Origin: Rhizodiscina lignyota
Lineage: Eukaryota
DNA: 64,000 nt
NCBI GenBank assembly: GCA_010015805.1
Contig: ML978127.1
Location: 1,736,001 to 1,800,000 of the forward strand
Reading direction: 5' to 3'
The position numbers were made by a program, and so were the translations under genes. Positions 11,346 to 24,595 of the stretch are shown here, in pieces. The stretch's first letter is position 1. The number at the start of each line of letters is the position of its first letter. The notes below the pieces were generated by a model, which was not told the DNA's origin, did no database searches, and worked only from the letters and a program-made list of their open reading frames with translations.

Positions 11346-12389
11346 ATGGCGAAAGAACATCTTGCTGTCATCCAACAAGAGAGGGGTGCTAGACCAGCTG
11401 TCGGTCACCGTCCCACTCCAAGCCCAGGTCCGAAGGACCTTCTTGTGCAGGTCAAAGCAGTATCACTCAACCCAGTCGACGTCTACATGCGCGATGTCGG
11501 CTTCATGCTCGAGCACTATCCTACTGTCGGGGGGAACGATATTGCTGGTGTTGTCGTCTCGGCTGGTTCTTCTGTCCCGGCATCCGACTTTCCAGTGGGC
11601 ACTCGCATCCTGGCCTGCGCCGCGGTATTCTTCAAAAAGGGCGATCCAGACTATGGATCCTTCCAGCAGTATGTCCTGGTACCGGCAAAGTCAGCTGTTA
11701 GATTCCCTGACGAAATGACATTCACGACCGCAGCGACACTCCCTTTGTCTGTGTTAACGGCATGGACTGGGTTGAATGGCGCGGGTATCCCGGTCAGGGC
11801 GAGTCCCCTCCCGTCGGGGAGTAAGGAGGGCTTGTTGATATGGGGCGCTGGGAGCAGCATTGGCACCGCTGCGCTGCAGGTTGCCGCAAGTTTGGGGTAC
11901 AGCGTGTACGTCACAGCGTCATCAAAGCAGCATTCGCATCTAAAGAAGCTCGGCGCAACGGCAGCATTTGACTACCGAGACGACAATGTTGTAGAGCATA
12001 TTGTCCAGGCCGCAAAGCATGACGGTGTCATCGTCCAGGGTGGCTTCAAAGCAGTGGGTGATGATGAGGTGCTGAAGAAATGCATGGAGATCTTAAACTC
12101 TACGAAGAAGCCGGATACAGTTGCGAGGTTGGCGAGCAGTCTGCCACTGATGCCCGATGCGCCGAAGGTTCCTGGCGTGGAGGCAGTATTCATCGATCCA
12201 CCTGAGAATGAAGATGAGCGACTGGCGTACATTAACTGGGTTTATGGAACATGGCTAAAAGAGAGATTTGGAACTTACGTGCCGAGTCAGGTGATTCAGC
12301 TTTTGGATGGCGGCTTGGAGGTGATCAATGACGGGTTGGACAAGCTTGCGGGCGGTGTGAGCGGCACGAAGTTTGTTGTAGAAATTTGA
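11346..12389 (+). CDS. MDR-superfamily NAD(P)H oxidoreductase (enoyl-reductase / zeta-crystallin-like)
   Basis: VKAVSLNPVD, GNDIAGVV, LLIWGAGSSIG Rossmann motif, VSGTKFVV terminus. TATA-like tatataag near 11173. Confidence 0.9.
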   Translation: MAKEHLAVIQQERGARPAVGHRPTPSPGPKDLLVQVKAVSLNPVDVYMRDVGFMLEHYPTVGGNDIAGVVVSAGSSVPASDFPVGTRILACAAVFFKKGDPDYGSFQQYVLVPAKSAVRFPDEMTFTTAATLPLSVLTAWTGLNGAGIPVRASPLPSGSKEGLLIWGAGSSIGTAALQVAASLGYSVYVTASSKQHSHLKKLGATAAFDYRDDNVVEHIVQAAKHDGVIVQGGFKAVGDDEVLKKCMEILNSTKKPDTVARLASSLPLMPDAPKVPGVEAVFIDPPENEDERLAYINWVYGTWLKERFGTYVPSQVIQLLDGGLEVINDGLDKLAGGVSGTKFVVEI

Positions 12390-13351
12390 TGTTGAGGAGT
12401 AGTATCATTATGCGCCCGCAATAATCAAGACAATTGCTTGTATAAACAGGGTTAATCTGTAACCTTTTCAGACCTCTCGTGATGCATTTAAAGTCGTTTG
12501 ATGTCCGTTGCTGAGATATTGCCCACCGTACTCTAGCTACCTCGTTTTGGACTAGTCAGGAGATTGTTTCTAACTTGAGCTCAATGCCCGTCACCTTCTA
12601 TCTAAGTTATGTGTATCTCTCTAGCATATTTGAGGCCTTTGAGTGGCTAGCTATCTTGTCAATACACAGAGGCGTATATGGCCTGATGATTCCGCCCATG
12701 ACGGTCATGACGAAGCTCGTTGGCCAACTTCAACGCCATCACACAATCATGCAGACGTTCAAAAGAAGAAGGACTCACAATCGCGGCATCTCCAGATTCA
12801 AATGGAGAGTACTGCTCAAAGGAGACCTTCATTACTCATTGTTGATCCTCTGACCTTTAGAATTTCTCCCTTCGCACGGTGAATGTGTGGGCAGAGAAGC
12901 TCCGTCATCCAGTTTTCAACATGCATTCCCACGATTATGTAGATGATCGAAAGCTCAACTTGTTACTCGAGCTCCCTCAACTTATCACTTAAGCTCCCTC
13001 AACTCTGTGGTGAGGTTGGTGCGAGATTGCCTCCGGTCGGCGGACAGGCAGTCGCGACTTCCCTACTTGGAGCGCCCATGGCATTTGCCACCAAGCGAAC
13101 CTTAATCTTATCCCTTCGCCCTCTTTCTCTGGCTTTCTTCATCTTTTCTCATCCCTTTTCATCAAAAGTACAACTCCGCATGCACTCTTCATCGTAGTGC
13201 GCGTGCGTTCGGTTCTTCCCACGTGTTCCAAAGACGGCTCCGTCGAAGGAGTCACGCCTCGGATTGAGGCTGAGGCATTTCCCTGAAACATCACACCTGC
13301 TCTATATATTTCATCGTCCTTTCCTTTCCCTGCTACGCAGCCATCTGCGAT

Positions 13352-16300
13352 ATGGCGGACGACCAAATCTCCGTCATTCTGGAAGAATATGACGAGGATG
13401 GCGACCAAATCATTGAAGATATCGCTCAATATGGCCAGATCAATGTGCCAGATCAGTCTATACAGGGCATTGATGAAGGCTACTCCTTTGATGATAATTT
13501 AGTCCGCCCTATGACGCCGAATGATCGCCCAGAACTGAACGCTTCCGTCACTCCGCAAACTCGAGCGAACTCGGAGAATGTAGTACATCAGGCCAGTAAC
13601 AACCCCACAGGAGCCAAAACTTTTCATCTTCGCCCGGCTTCTTCAGGAAGTGATGCTCAAGGATTTGTTTTTGGCAAGGCGCCGGTGCCGACGGACCTGT
13701 ACGGCCGAAAGAAAGACACAGGCTCCGGGGATGGCAATCGACGTAATAGCGTCATACTCAATGAGAGAGATGCTGCCCTGTTACGTATCCCAGCTCGCGA
13801 AACTCCCTCTCAAATTGCCTCCGCCGGTGCTACCGAGACTACAACGGCGAATCCTCCCCAGATCGAACCAGCCGGCTCACGTGTGAATCAGCAGCGTGCA
13901 CCGACCGCAGTCCATTCAAAACAAAACAAGGCACGAGTAGCAAAGGTGCAGCATGTCCAGTCACGCGGCACCAAGCATCAGGAGTAAGCACGAGGCATTC
14001 TCTCCGTATGTCGTGGGCTAACACCTTCAGTGGGGAGAGCAATCAACAGGGGACGTCTCATCGACGTCAAGATCACGAAGATGAGAGGTTATCTAAAATG
14101 ATAACGGAGGATAGCCCAACCACCAGCAGTGCGATCCAAGATGCAGTTGGCAGCCCTGCGCCCTCCAGAACTGGCGTGCAGAAAATCAAGGTCTCGAAAA
14201 TGGAGCTCCGAACGATTCCAAAAATTACACCTCAGCGACGAAGCAAAGAAAATGCGTCTCGATTGCCTCACACAAACGTAGCTGTTGCGACTCCAAATAT
14301 CATTCAGCAGCCATTTTCCATCCCGCCGACGCCGCAGCCAACTTCACCAGCCAAGCCACCAAATATGCATGAGCAAGAAGATGCTGGAGATATCCTCGAC
14401 ATATTTGGAAGTTCCAATTCACCACACAATCCACCCATCGAATTTGATCATACGGCAGAATCTCGTGAAGGCAAAGAGAATTTGGAGGCGATATCTGGCG
14501 ACCATAATTATGCAGAAATGCATCGAGATGGCCCTTCAATTACGTCTAATGAAGAAATTCTAGATTCAGATCTGGCGACAGGGCAACACTGTGTTGAAAT
14601 GATCGACGATGAAGATCAACAGGCTCCCCATGATGCCTGTGAAAGTGGACCAACCCTTCCTGGATCTGAATCCGGCCCGTCTAACCCCAGTTGTGAAATT
14701 CCAGGTACTCCACAAGAGCCAGAAGCCATTCCAGCGGATTTAGTCTTCCAAGATCGCTTATCTTTGGATCGTGTAACTTCAACAGCTCGGGAGTCACCAG
14801 ACGAAATACTTGAGTCCATTACGCCTGGTCCTCGACAGGAACACCGAAACCTCATTAGACAGACCCCAAGGCCACAGCATCATGTGCCACAGACTCTGTC
14901 TCCGACGAAGCAACCAGCTATTCTGCATCGTCCTTCTGATCGGGAAGGGCCAGTAAAAGTAACGAAGTCACGATCCAAATCAAGGCTGAAGCCAGTTAGT
15001 GTACCATCTCAAACCCCTGCGACTGCAACACCATCTGTAGGAGATGTCTTTCGGATTTTACAGTGGACTATGGAGCAGGAACAGCAACGCTCCGCTGTCG
15101 AAACAGAAGATCGCTATCGAGCTTACCACTCCGACATTGCCAATCTGAAAGCATCTGAGGCGAACAAGGAAGCTCAGCTGGAAGCTGCGCGCAAGGAAAA
15201 TTCCGCCCTTATCGAGCAATTGCGCGACGCTAAGGCAAAGCTCGGCAACTACGGCGAGAGACTCTCCCAACTCACGAAGTTCGTCAATGGCCTCGGATCC
15301 GACCTTGACAAGGTACGAGAACATGGCAGAAGTTTCGGAAAGCATTGCGAGGATCTGGTACTTGAGTCCAAGACGCGACATGAGGAGCGGAAGCAACTTC
15401 AGGAATATTTTCAGACATGTGTGACTACCTCGAGCAAGATCAAAGATCTTGTTTCAAAGGCTTGTCGAGCAGCCCAAGTTGAGCGTCAAGACATCGAAAG
15501 GCGAAGTGAGGAAGTGCAAAAGAGCATCGAAGCGAAGACAAATCTGCTGCAAGGAGAGAAGGCAAGAACTGCCGAACTGCAGGATCAGTTGAAAAAGGCC
15601 GTGGAAGTACAAGGCACATTGAAAGATCTCTTAGAAGAGAAGTTCGGAGGCATGTCGCAGAAACTGGCCTCGATGCACCAAGATATCGCGACCATCATGG
15701 GAGCTGGCACGGCGGAACCGGAGTTGGGGGTCCTTGGAGATCAAGTCAAAGAGCTCTGTTCCAAACCTATTTGCTCTCCTGCAGACTTTGAGAAGGTTGA
15801 GAATGCTGTTCAGCAACTGTCGGACAAGTACTCCCCCCTTGAGAGTTTTATTCCCTGTCGAAGTTATTAACTTGAAACAGGATGTCATCTCATTTTCAAA
15901 CTTTCACGATTGCGGGCACTGACAGAGCGAGCACTGAGAAAGCCATCGAAACCCAACTCAAGGAGCAACTCGTCGAGATCAAAATTGACATGTTGAATTG
16001 TCAGACTTTGCAAAATGAAATTGTGGAAGTCCGAGCATCAAAAGTTGCATTTGAGGAACGATGCGCAGCCAAGGACGCTTCAATTTCCGGGCTTGAAGGA
16101 CAGCTCGCAGCTCTTCATGAGAAGGAGGCAGCCTTCTCAGAGAAGCTCAGCCAAGCAGAGCTAGAGATCAGCCAACTAAAGCTTGCCGCAGAGACTCACC
16201 AGCGAACCGCAACACGTCTCCATGAGCTCGAATTGCAGAACTCGTACATAAACCAGCAGCTTAGCAGTGCGAAAGAGGGATTACATGTCGAAGTCGAGAA

Positions 16301-18583
16301 AGCCTCGTCGCTTCAAGAGAGCGAGGCGTTATTGAAGACGCGCGTAGAAGAATTGGAGCAGCAACTGGCCAGCTCTTCGAAGGACTCGGCAGATATCGAA
16401 GCTATAAAAGCTGAGGCTACTCGTTTGGTATACATGATCACATGATACTTGATACGTATTTCACTGACTGCCTCTAGGCTGAACAACGGATCAACGAGAG
16501 ATGTAGCGAGATCACTCGTGATGCCAACAAATTCCATTCCGAGAAGACTGCCGAATTCGACAACAAGCTGCATCAAGAAAAGCAAAAGAGCCTAAAGACG
16601 GAAGATTTGCTGAAACGGATTCAGAATGAACTGTCAGAAGCAAAAGCGAAACTTGATGCAAATCACCAGGCTTCCGTAGCAGCTCAAACTACCCGAACGG
16701 AGATGAATGTCTTGCAGGATCGCATCAAATCTCTGCAAAAGGGTCTAGATGAGAAGGAAAATGAGCTTTGTGAATCCAAGGAGGAGAACAAGAAAGTATC
16801 TGAGGAGCAGGCACGCCAAAAGCGAGCTGAGATTGCAGAAATGGAAAATCAGCTCAAGGCAGAGGCTGCCGCTCGGAAGACGGCAGAATCAAATTATGAT
16901 CGATTGCAGAAGCATATCGATAACCATGTGAAGGAACAGGAAGAGAAGAGTACTCGACAAATTGAAGGATTACACCAACAGATCGCTGAGACCGAGAGGG
17001 AAAAGAATGAGATACACAACAAGCTCCAGAAGGCGATGAAGGATGCCGAGCATGCTATTAAAGCTGCGAGCGACAAGCATAAAGCGGAAGTTGGTGACCT
17101 CCAACGTCGACTTCAGGAAAGTGAAGGGAGTCGGAATCAGGCTGAGCAAGATTTACGAAGGCTCAAGGACTCCGTTCGAGGGCAACTTAAAGAAGGACCA
17201 ACTTCCCAGGCCATCACTGAAACAATCAAAGCATCGGAGTCTCAGAATGTCGACAGTCAACTCAGACATCCGCGAAAGAAAGTGAATCGACAGAACCAGT
17301 CTATCATCGAGGTGCCAAGATCGTCCTACGGCATTCAGCAGCTGTCTTCACGGACCAATGCGCCGAGAGATGAGTTCAGCCAAGGACAGTATCAAGATGT
17401 CTTCGATACGTTCATTGATGCCGGAGATGAAACTATCGGACAGAGCCAATTCGCTTCGAATCCTATTCCCTTCTCGCAATTCAACAACTCAAAACCCCTT
17501 CCAGCAACTCAAGAAGGTGCTAGCAGCTCTTCGCCATTGTCCGACGCTCGATCCATCTCAGATCCTGATGCGTCAAAAGAGAACCAGCGGACCCACACAC
17601 CTGCAGCTCTTCGTGGCCGCAGTGAGAAAAGGGTGTTGCGCGAATTAACTGTAAATGCAACCACGCCTGATCGTCCGGAAGGAACGCCGGTACCAATGCC
17701 TCCTCAGCGAGAGTCAAGCAGCCTCGGACGCACTCAGCCTTTAGCGAACCCTTTTGATATGTACGATTCTCCAGGCGCGGGCTTAGAGGGACTAGAGGTT
17801 CCGTCACTGTTTCGTCCCCAATCCAACAGCGCTTCCCAAATCATCCATGAGCACTCAAGGCCAACTATCTACGAGGATAAGATGCCTCATCCCCAATCAC
17901 AGCATGGGTTGGGCGAGCGTGGAGCACATGATATGAATACAAGCCTTCTGCAGCGTCATGAACCTATGAGGAGAAGCCTAATCACGATGCCGGCCGACGC
18001 ACGCAAAGTGCCCGCCACGAACAATTCCAGCACACCCGATTACATGCAGGACAGCCCACTTCTAAGTCAGAAGAAAGCCACGACATATGGCCACCACTCA
18101 TCTAGCCGCCCGAATTCTGGACCCTCACGTCGGGGCTCGACTGTCGCTAGAGCGACGCCTGCCACAGAGCAGCACGTTGAGCAGACCTTGCGGCACTCTG
18201 CGTCTAAGGAACGCAAGCGACGAGCAACCGCAGAGACCGTGCCAGCACAGTTCAGTCCGCCTGCCAAGCGTCTAAGGACAAGAGAAGAACGTGACTACGC
18301 AGAGTTGAGCTCTCAGGGTTCCCAGGCGGGATCACAGTATGCTGCTTCTACCCAAACGCCGTCGCGCAGCGTCTCCATGAAGGCGTCGCAGACCCAGCAG
18401 CCGAAATTCAAGACGTCACAATCGCAATCGCAGCAGAAGCAGCTCCATGATGTTCCGCTTTCAACACGAGCGCGAATTGGTTCATCTAATGGGCCTAAGC
18501 AATCTGCTGGAAGGGGTGGAAGTAACAGAGGTAAGAAGGGTACCGGAAACGAGAGGTACAGTGCGAGATTTTCACAGAAATGA
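13352..18583 (+). CDS. Large (~1,690 aa) coiled-coil protein; introns 13984-14030, 15828-15880, 16428-16477
   Basis: Three canonical introns fuse four ORFs in frame. Disordered N-terminus, long central heptad region, S/T/Q/R-rich C-terminus. Confidence 0.8.
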
Positions 18584-20636
18584 AATACTGCATGAGAATG
18601 TGGGGAATCAGGTCGAGACTATATCACACGGATTGATGTCACAAGCTTTGCTTGACTGAAGACGATGGGATGGCTGTGGATGGCTTGCAACCTTGGCTTC
18701 ATCCATTTTCACGGTATTTTCTGTCTTTGCATTATGTCTGGCAATTTGCTGTCATGCCACCAGTACGGTGCTCTTCTGATTGATTGTTTTTCTGTTGCTT
18801 TCTGATCGTGCGTTTGCGATGTAGCTTCCATATGGGTCGAAATGGACTATATTCCAATCGATAGATATCTTACAGCTCGGCTTTTGTTTCCGTGCGCATC
18901 GCCACTCATGTACAATATTTTCATCCAAATAATTGAACTCTCTTGCTATAACTCCTTGCGCCATCGCCATAGATATTATGCTTGCCTCGCGACCAATACT
19001 CCCTGAGGATTCCGAAGCCCAGTAGAACGTCGACTTGTATCGGGCCGGATGAACGAGAAGAGTGGAATAGATTTGAGGATGTAACATAATCTCGATCGTA
19101 GAAAGGAATTGGTATTATCGTCTTGATGCTGTGTCATCGTGCGCCGCCGCCGCGCTTCTGCTCGAGGAAGAGGACCTTTCGCTTCACTGCAATGAGCTCG
19201 CAATTAGCCTGTCGCCCAGTTCACGATAACATCCAGTCCCTCAGGATCTTCACAAGGGTACAATTGAAGCAATTGAGACATACCAACAGGATCGTACTTT
19301 AGCATGCTCAATGGCCGACTCGTCCGCGGCCGAACCAATGTGCGGAAGTAGCCAGTCATGGCCATGGAGATGAGGCGGACGGATATTGTCCGTGATTTTG
19401 CTGCAAGAAAGCGTTAGCTGTGGTGTTAGGGAAAGGTTGAGAGGTACTTGAGCTACCTTTCTTTGCCATTTTGTGTGAGGTGAGCTATTCAAGAGATGGT
19501 CTGAAAGATTGACACTTAGGACGAATTCCATTTGGCGTTGCGGCTCTGCTTGCCAGGCTTGGCGCTCTGGACAAGGGTACGCGCGGGTGAGAGCAGGGGT
19601 GTGATATCTAGACGCGTCGGATAGGTCCTCGTCGTTCACTTCAACTGCTTCGTCTGTCCATAACTGACGCCTCTAGAAAGTCTCAATACTTGTCTGTTCC
19701 TGTTACACATGTGTCGCAACTAAGCCAAATCATGTTTTGTCAATTATATCAGTGGGGATCTACCGTCAACGGCGTCATTCCTCAACATGTGCGGGGAACC
19801 CATAGGACCATCGAGGAGATGAGAACGACTTCAAGCCATGACGGCTGTCAGATGGGATGCCTCAATCATGGCGATGAATGTTGTTGAAGATTGCAAACTG
19901 TGATCGGATCAATGGCTCATCCACTGCACGCTTCTGCACATATTCATATCACGACGTTGACTTTCACAGGGTGCTTTTGTCACAATGCAATGCTCAAGCA
20001 ACCCGTCATTCCTAGAGAGGATAGGGGCTCATCAATCTGGAGATGGGATCCGTAAAGCATCACACTCAACGAAGGCGAACATGCTGTACACATCGTCTGA
20101 TGGGCATCTCCAGCAATGTCAGCACTTTCCAGGAGGTCGGTCAAGACCATACCGCCGTTATCACAAATTTACTAGCTGCACTTTGATGAGATCTTTTCCA
20201 TTCATTGCGTTTACACTGGCCGAGAAGTCTGCTCTACTCAGAAATTGTGGTCAATGTGTATCGCAGATGTTGGGCGTCATCACATTGAGATATTGATCGT
20301 CGGCGTGACGATAACCAGGAGCCCTGGGCCGTTCTGCTCATGTGATTCAGTTTGTCGGGTGTTATATGGGGCCAGGGTATTAAGTCCCGAGCTCTTTGAT
20401 AGCTACGTACAGAAATGTTGTCGTTTCTTGAAATGTCTCGAGGAAAGCCCACTCAAGATCCTGCCTCTTTGACCTCCGATGGATCTAACCTAGATCACTC
20501 GTCTGATGCACAACCATCTTCACAGCCATCACACACGGGTGATCATCAGCACTCTTTCATAGTTTCGACTCCCCCAAAAGCAATCAAAGATCATATCCGA
20601 AGGCATTCCATTTTCGTCCATCGATCACGCCAACAT

Positions 20637-23600
20637 ATGAAGGCGCGCACGACGAAAAGGTCGCGACAGGCCCCAGAGAAGATTCCAATCAGCATTGGGA
20701 CACGCCTCCTCTACTACTGGGTCATTCTCGTTCAGATACTCGGTCCCTTTGTAGCTTCTGCACACCCCCGGGTCTTCAATTACCGGCCACGCGGAGCTGT
20801 AAAAGAACTTTTCAAAACCGTGTGCGATGAAAGGCATAATTGTCACCTGGTGGTGAGTAGTCTGGCCTCGTGTCGGTCAGCAAAGGATCATGCTGATGCT
20901 CAATATTAGCCTATCATTGGTCGTATTGCCGAACCACGAAGTGACGTGCGGACTGCAGAAGTACCTGCCGAGACCGACTTGAAGAGCAAGCCCATGAAAG
21001 AGACTGAGGAAGCTGCTGCGAAAAAGGCTGCTCAGCAGAATTATCGGCCATCAAGCAACGAAAACCAGGCCAACGGCGGACAAAGTTCAACGAACATGAA
21101 AACACAGAAGTTCACAAAAGAAAAAGTGAAATTGGTCGACTCTTTGATTCAGAGCGGTTTCCAAGCCATCCAAACGTGGATAAACACTACACATCCGGCT
21201 CCCTCCGCAAACCACGAGATTGCTTTCCTTCGTCATAGCTTCCCAAATTACAACGGTGGCCTCCCGTGTGGCCCTTCTGGATGCAGTATCCCATCTCTTA
21301 CAGCCCTTCTCGGAATAAGTAAGTCACCAACGCCGGAAGACATTGCAAATCACATGGCTCTCTATCTAATGTCAAGTGGCTACGCGTTCAAAGGACTCAT
21401 CACTGAAACATCCGAACAAGTTGCGAACGGTGCCCGGCCGTACTGCGAACAGTTGAGCGAATACTTCCTGCACAATGAAGACAAGCCCATTGCTTGTGAA
21501 ATATTTTTGCAAATCCTGCTATGGACTTTGACTGGTGCTGCGGCTTTTGAAGGAGGCTTTGCTTTGGCAGCTCCATTGGCGGAATTCACCGCAGCATCAG
21601 CAGTCACAGCAGAGGTAGAGGGGAGTGCCTTTACGGCCACGCTGCTCCGAGGCACGTCGAGTTTATTCACAGGAATATCCAGAGTGGGCGTAGCTTTGAA
21701 TATGGGCCGGGCAGTAACAGTTCCCATTACTTTAACTCTAGCAGCAGAGGCGGAGGTGGCAGGTCTGGATGGGGCAGGCATGGCTGCTGTGGACTGGGCA
21801 GTGGATATTTTTATAGAAGACACTCTGTCTTCAACCCTTTCAGAAGAGATTGCTGGGTCTGTTACGGAATCCATTGCGGGGTCTATTGCAGAAGGGAGCC
21901 TCAGCTGGGTGGCTGCAGAGCCCGGTTACGGGGTTGTCGTCCTCGCCGCTGCCATCACTGGAAATCGGTTGGGCACATCATTTCAGGAGCTCATGGAACA
22001 ATGGCGGGCCGCTGAGCGGCCAAAGGCGCCTCAGCCCCCACCAAGACCTCCACGCAATGAGTCAAAAGAGCAAAAGCCAACCCCAGGTCACTCTCATATC
22101 GTGCTGGACCCAGACAACCCTTCCAGATTTCATGTACATGAATGGAATCGACCTGGGTATCAGGAATATCGTTACCACTGGAGGGAGAGTCATCCTGCAA
22201 ACCACAATCCGGAAGGCCAACGGCCGACGCGACCCACACACCATGACAACGAGGAACATCAACAAAATCAACAGACTCATGAGACTCAAGAAGACCAAGA
22301 GCATCAAAGCGATGAAGGGGATGGCGTTCCATCGACAGAAGACACACCTCAACCGGATCCAGAAGAGAGCGTAGAGGTGCTGGAAGATCTCGAGGAAGAT
22401 CTCGATGAACTCCTTGAGGAACTTGGCGTGCCAGAGAGCGAGGAACCGGATCTGGACGATCGACATGACAGCGAGGAGGACGAGCAGGGGGACAATCAAG
22501 AGAATCAAGAGGATGAAACTCCATCAAGAGAGGATACATCGCAACCAGATTCAGAAGTTAGAATAGAGCCGTGGGATGAAATCGTCAAAAACATCGAAGA
22601 AGAGGAAGATATCGAAGAAGATATTCCAGAAGAGGAAGAGAGCGAGGAAACTGACGAGGAAGAGAGTGAGGAAGAGATTCCAGAGAGTAAAGAAGAGCCT
22701 CCAGAGGGCGAGGAAGAACCTCCGGAGAGTAAAGAAGAGACTCCCGAGAGCGAGGAAGAGACTCCAGAGAGTAAGGAAGAGGCTCCTGAGGAAGAGACTC
22801 CCGAGGAAGAGGCTCCCAAGGAAGAGGCTCCTGAGGAAGAGGCTCCTGAGGAAGAGACTCCTGAGGAAGAGACTCCTGAGAGCGAGGAAGAGACTCCTGA
22901 GAGCGAGGAAGAGAGTAAGGAGAATAACGAGAACGAGGAGCAAGACACCGAACAACAGAACGAACAAGGTGGGGAGCCAGGCACTCCACCGGGCTCGCCT
23001 CCCGGTTCTCCTTTCACCATCTTCGAATCGAAGAACGGGACGCTGATACCAATGGATCCAAAGAAAATCAGGAAACTTTTCAACAGTGGTGAGTTGTACC
23101 ATTGATGCTCCGATTTTGTTGGCGCTGGACCTGAAGTGCCCCAAGCTAAATGTGTTTTCTCGGCTTAGGATTATTCAACCTCACCGAGAACAATACTGAT
23201 GAGGGCAAGACGAAACGTGCGGTAGATTATTCAGGAGCATTAGTTGATGGCATGCTCATTCTTGCCAACAGTGGGCCTGTAAGTTGCCAAATTAGTCAAA
23301 CGTGAGTTCCTCACTAGTTGCTTACCCGGACAACAGGTCTATGAGAAGGAGTTGCAGACGACTATGTGCGGAGAAAGGATGTACCTTGCCCCCGAGAAGG
23401 CACAGGCAGCTTGCGAAGAAGCTGTCGGAGCAATAAAAGAGGAAGTGCAAAAATTAGTTGCGAGCCCTGAGGATCCACAAGAGTATCTGGAATGGCTGCG
23501 TGGCATTTTTGGTGGTGACGATGGCCATGGCACGAGAAATCTTCTCGGGCTGCACCATTGGCAGAAAAAGCCTCAAGAGCTGGTGCATAAATGGGAAGGC

Positions 23601-24595
23601 ATGGAGCTCAGCGGAATGTTGGCTCAGCTGTGGGCTGATCAGCAGTGTTACGTGAGTACAATCATTCCAGAGACTAAGAGTTGTTGCCTAGAAAGCTAAC
23701 ACAGTCGAACAAGGTTACTGCGGGGCCGAAAGATATTGCTGAAGAAGTCGATTGTGAAAACGAAAACATCTACTGCGATCCTGACGGATGGATGGCGCAA
23801 GCACTCTGCTATGACGGCGAGGACCAAGACAACACTAGGCTCTGGGGTCACAAACACCTGGATGAATCTCCGTGGGAAATGACACTGAAGAGAATCGCCG
23901 AGGTGTCATACAAGGCCTACAAAGCTGGGGCTAAACCAGGCATATCTCATCCCGGAGCGCTTGTTCTTGACATTGGTAATATCTCGCAGGGCAAATTCGT
24001 ACCAGAACCTGCCTTGCCAGTATGCGCCAGCGAGACCACCGTCATCGAGGATTGGGATCAAGATGCAGACCACTTTTTCCCAAGCCACTGCGGCAATCGA
24101 TTTGGTAACGAGACCGAGGCTTTTTGGAATGCCAGCAACTTTCAGAATTCAGAACACAAAAAATTGGTTTTCGAGTTGATTGTTGACGAGTGGAAGGATA
24201 AGAGTGATCGCGTAGCTACCTTCGCAAAGAGATCTTGCACAGCTTACTACATTTTGATATGGCCAGAGAACAGGACGTACGACAAGGAACACCTCTACGA
24301 GCAGGGCAAGAGATTGTGTCAAGAGATGACACCAATTTTCGACAAGTTACAAGAACCCTGTGACGAGCCCACAATCAACCAGGAGTTCTGCGACAAGCTC
24401 AACTTCTATCACGCCAACAACTATTTAGATCTCAATTCACACGATGACAGCCATCGTGGTGAGAACAAGCGCTTCCTCACCGCAGTTCATCATATGATCA
24501 CGATGTGCAATGACAGATGGGGGACTGACATGGAGAAGGAAAAAGAGGGCAATTGCGCTATATGGCGAGATAGAGAGGAGCCGGATGAGTGTTAG
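20637..24595 (+). CDS. Large (~1,230 aa) putative secreted or membrane-anchored protein with Glu-rich repeat linker and Cys-rich C-terminal domain; introns 20853-20909, 23089-23168, 23279-23336, 23652-23713
   Basis: Four GT-AG introns join the ORFs in frame. Hydrophobic LLYYWVILVQILGPFVASA near the N-terminus. Start codon uncertain. Confidence 0.7.
22620..22925 (+). repeat. Coding tandem repeats of 21-nt (PESEEET-type) and 15-nt (PEEEA/T) units
   Basis: Repeated gaggaagagactcc / gaggaagaggctcct / gagagcgaggaagag units. Confidence 0.9.

Noticed and set aside
3512..12389. Aminotransferase, esterase and enoyl-reductase-like gene as a secondary-metabolite cluster
   Set aside because: No PKS, NRPS or terpene backbone gene, and housekeeping genes intervene.
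22062..23144. Long antisense and alternative-frame ORFs over the Glu-rich repeat (likewise at 2643-3084)
   Set aside because: Artefacts of purine-rich repeats that lack stop codons in other frames.
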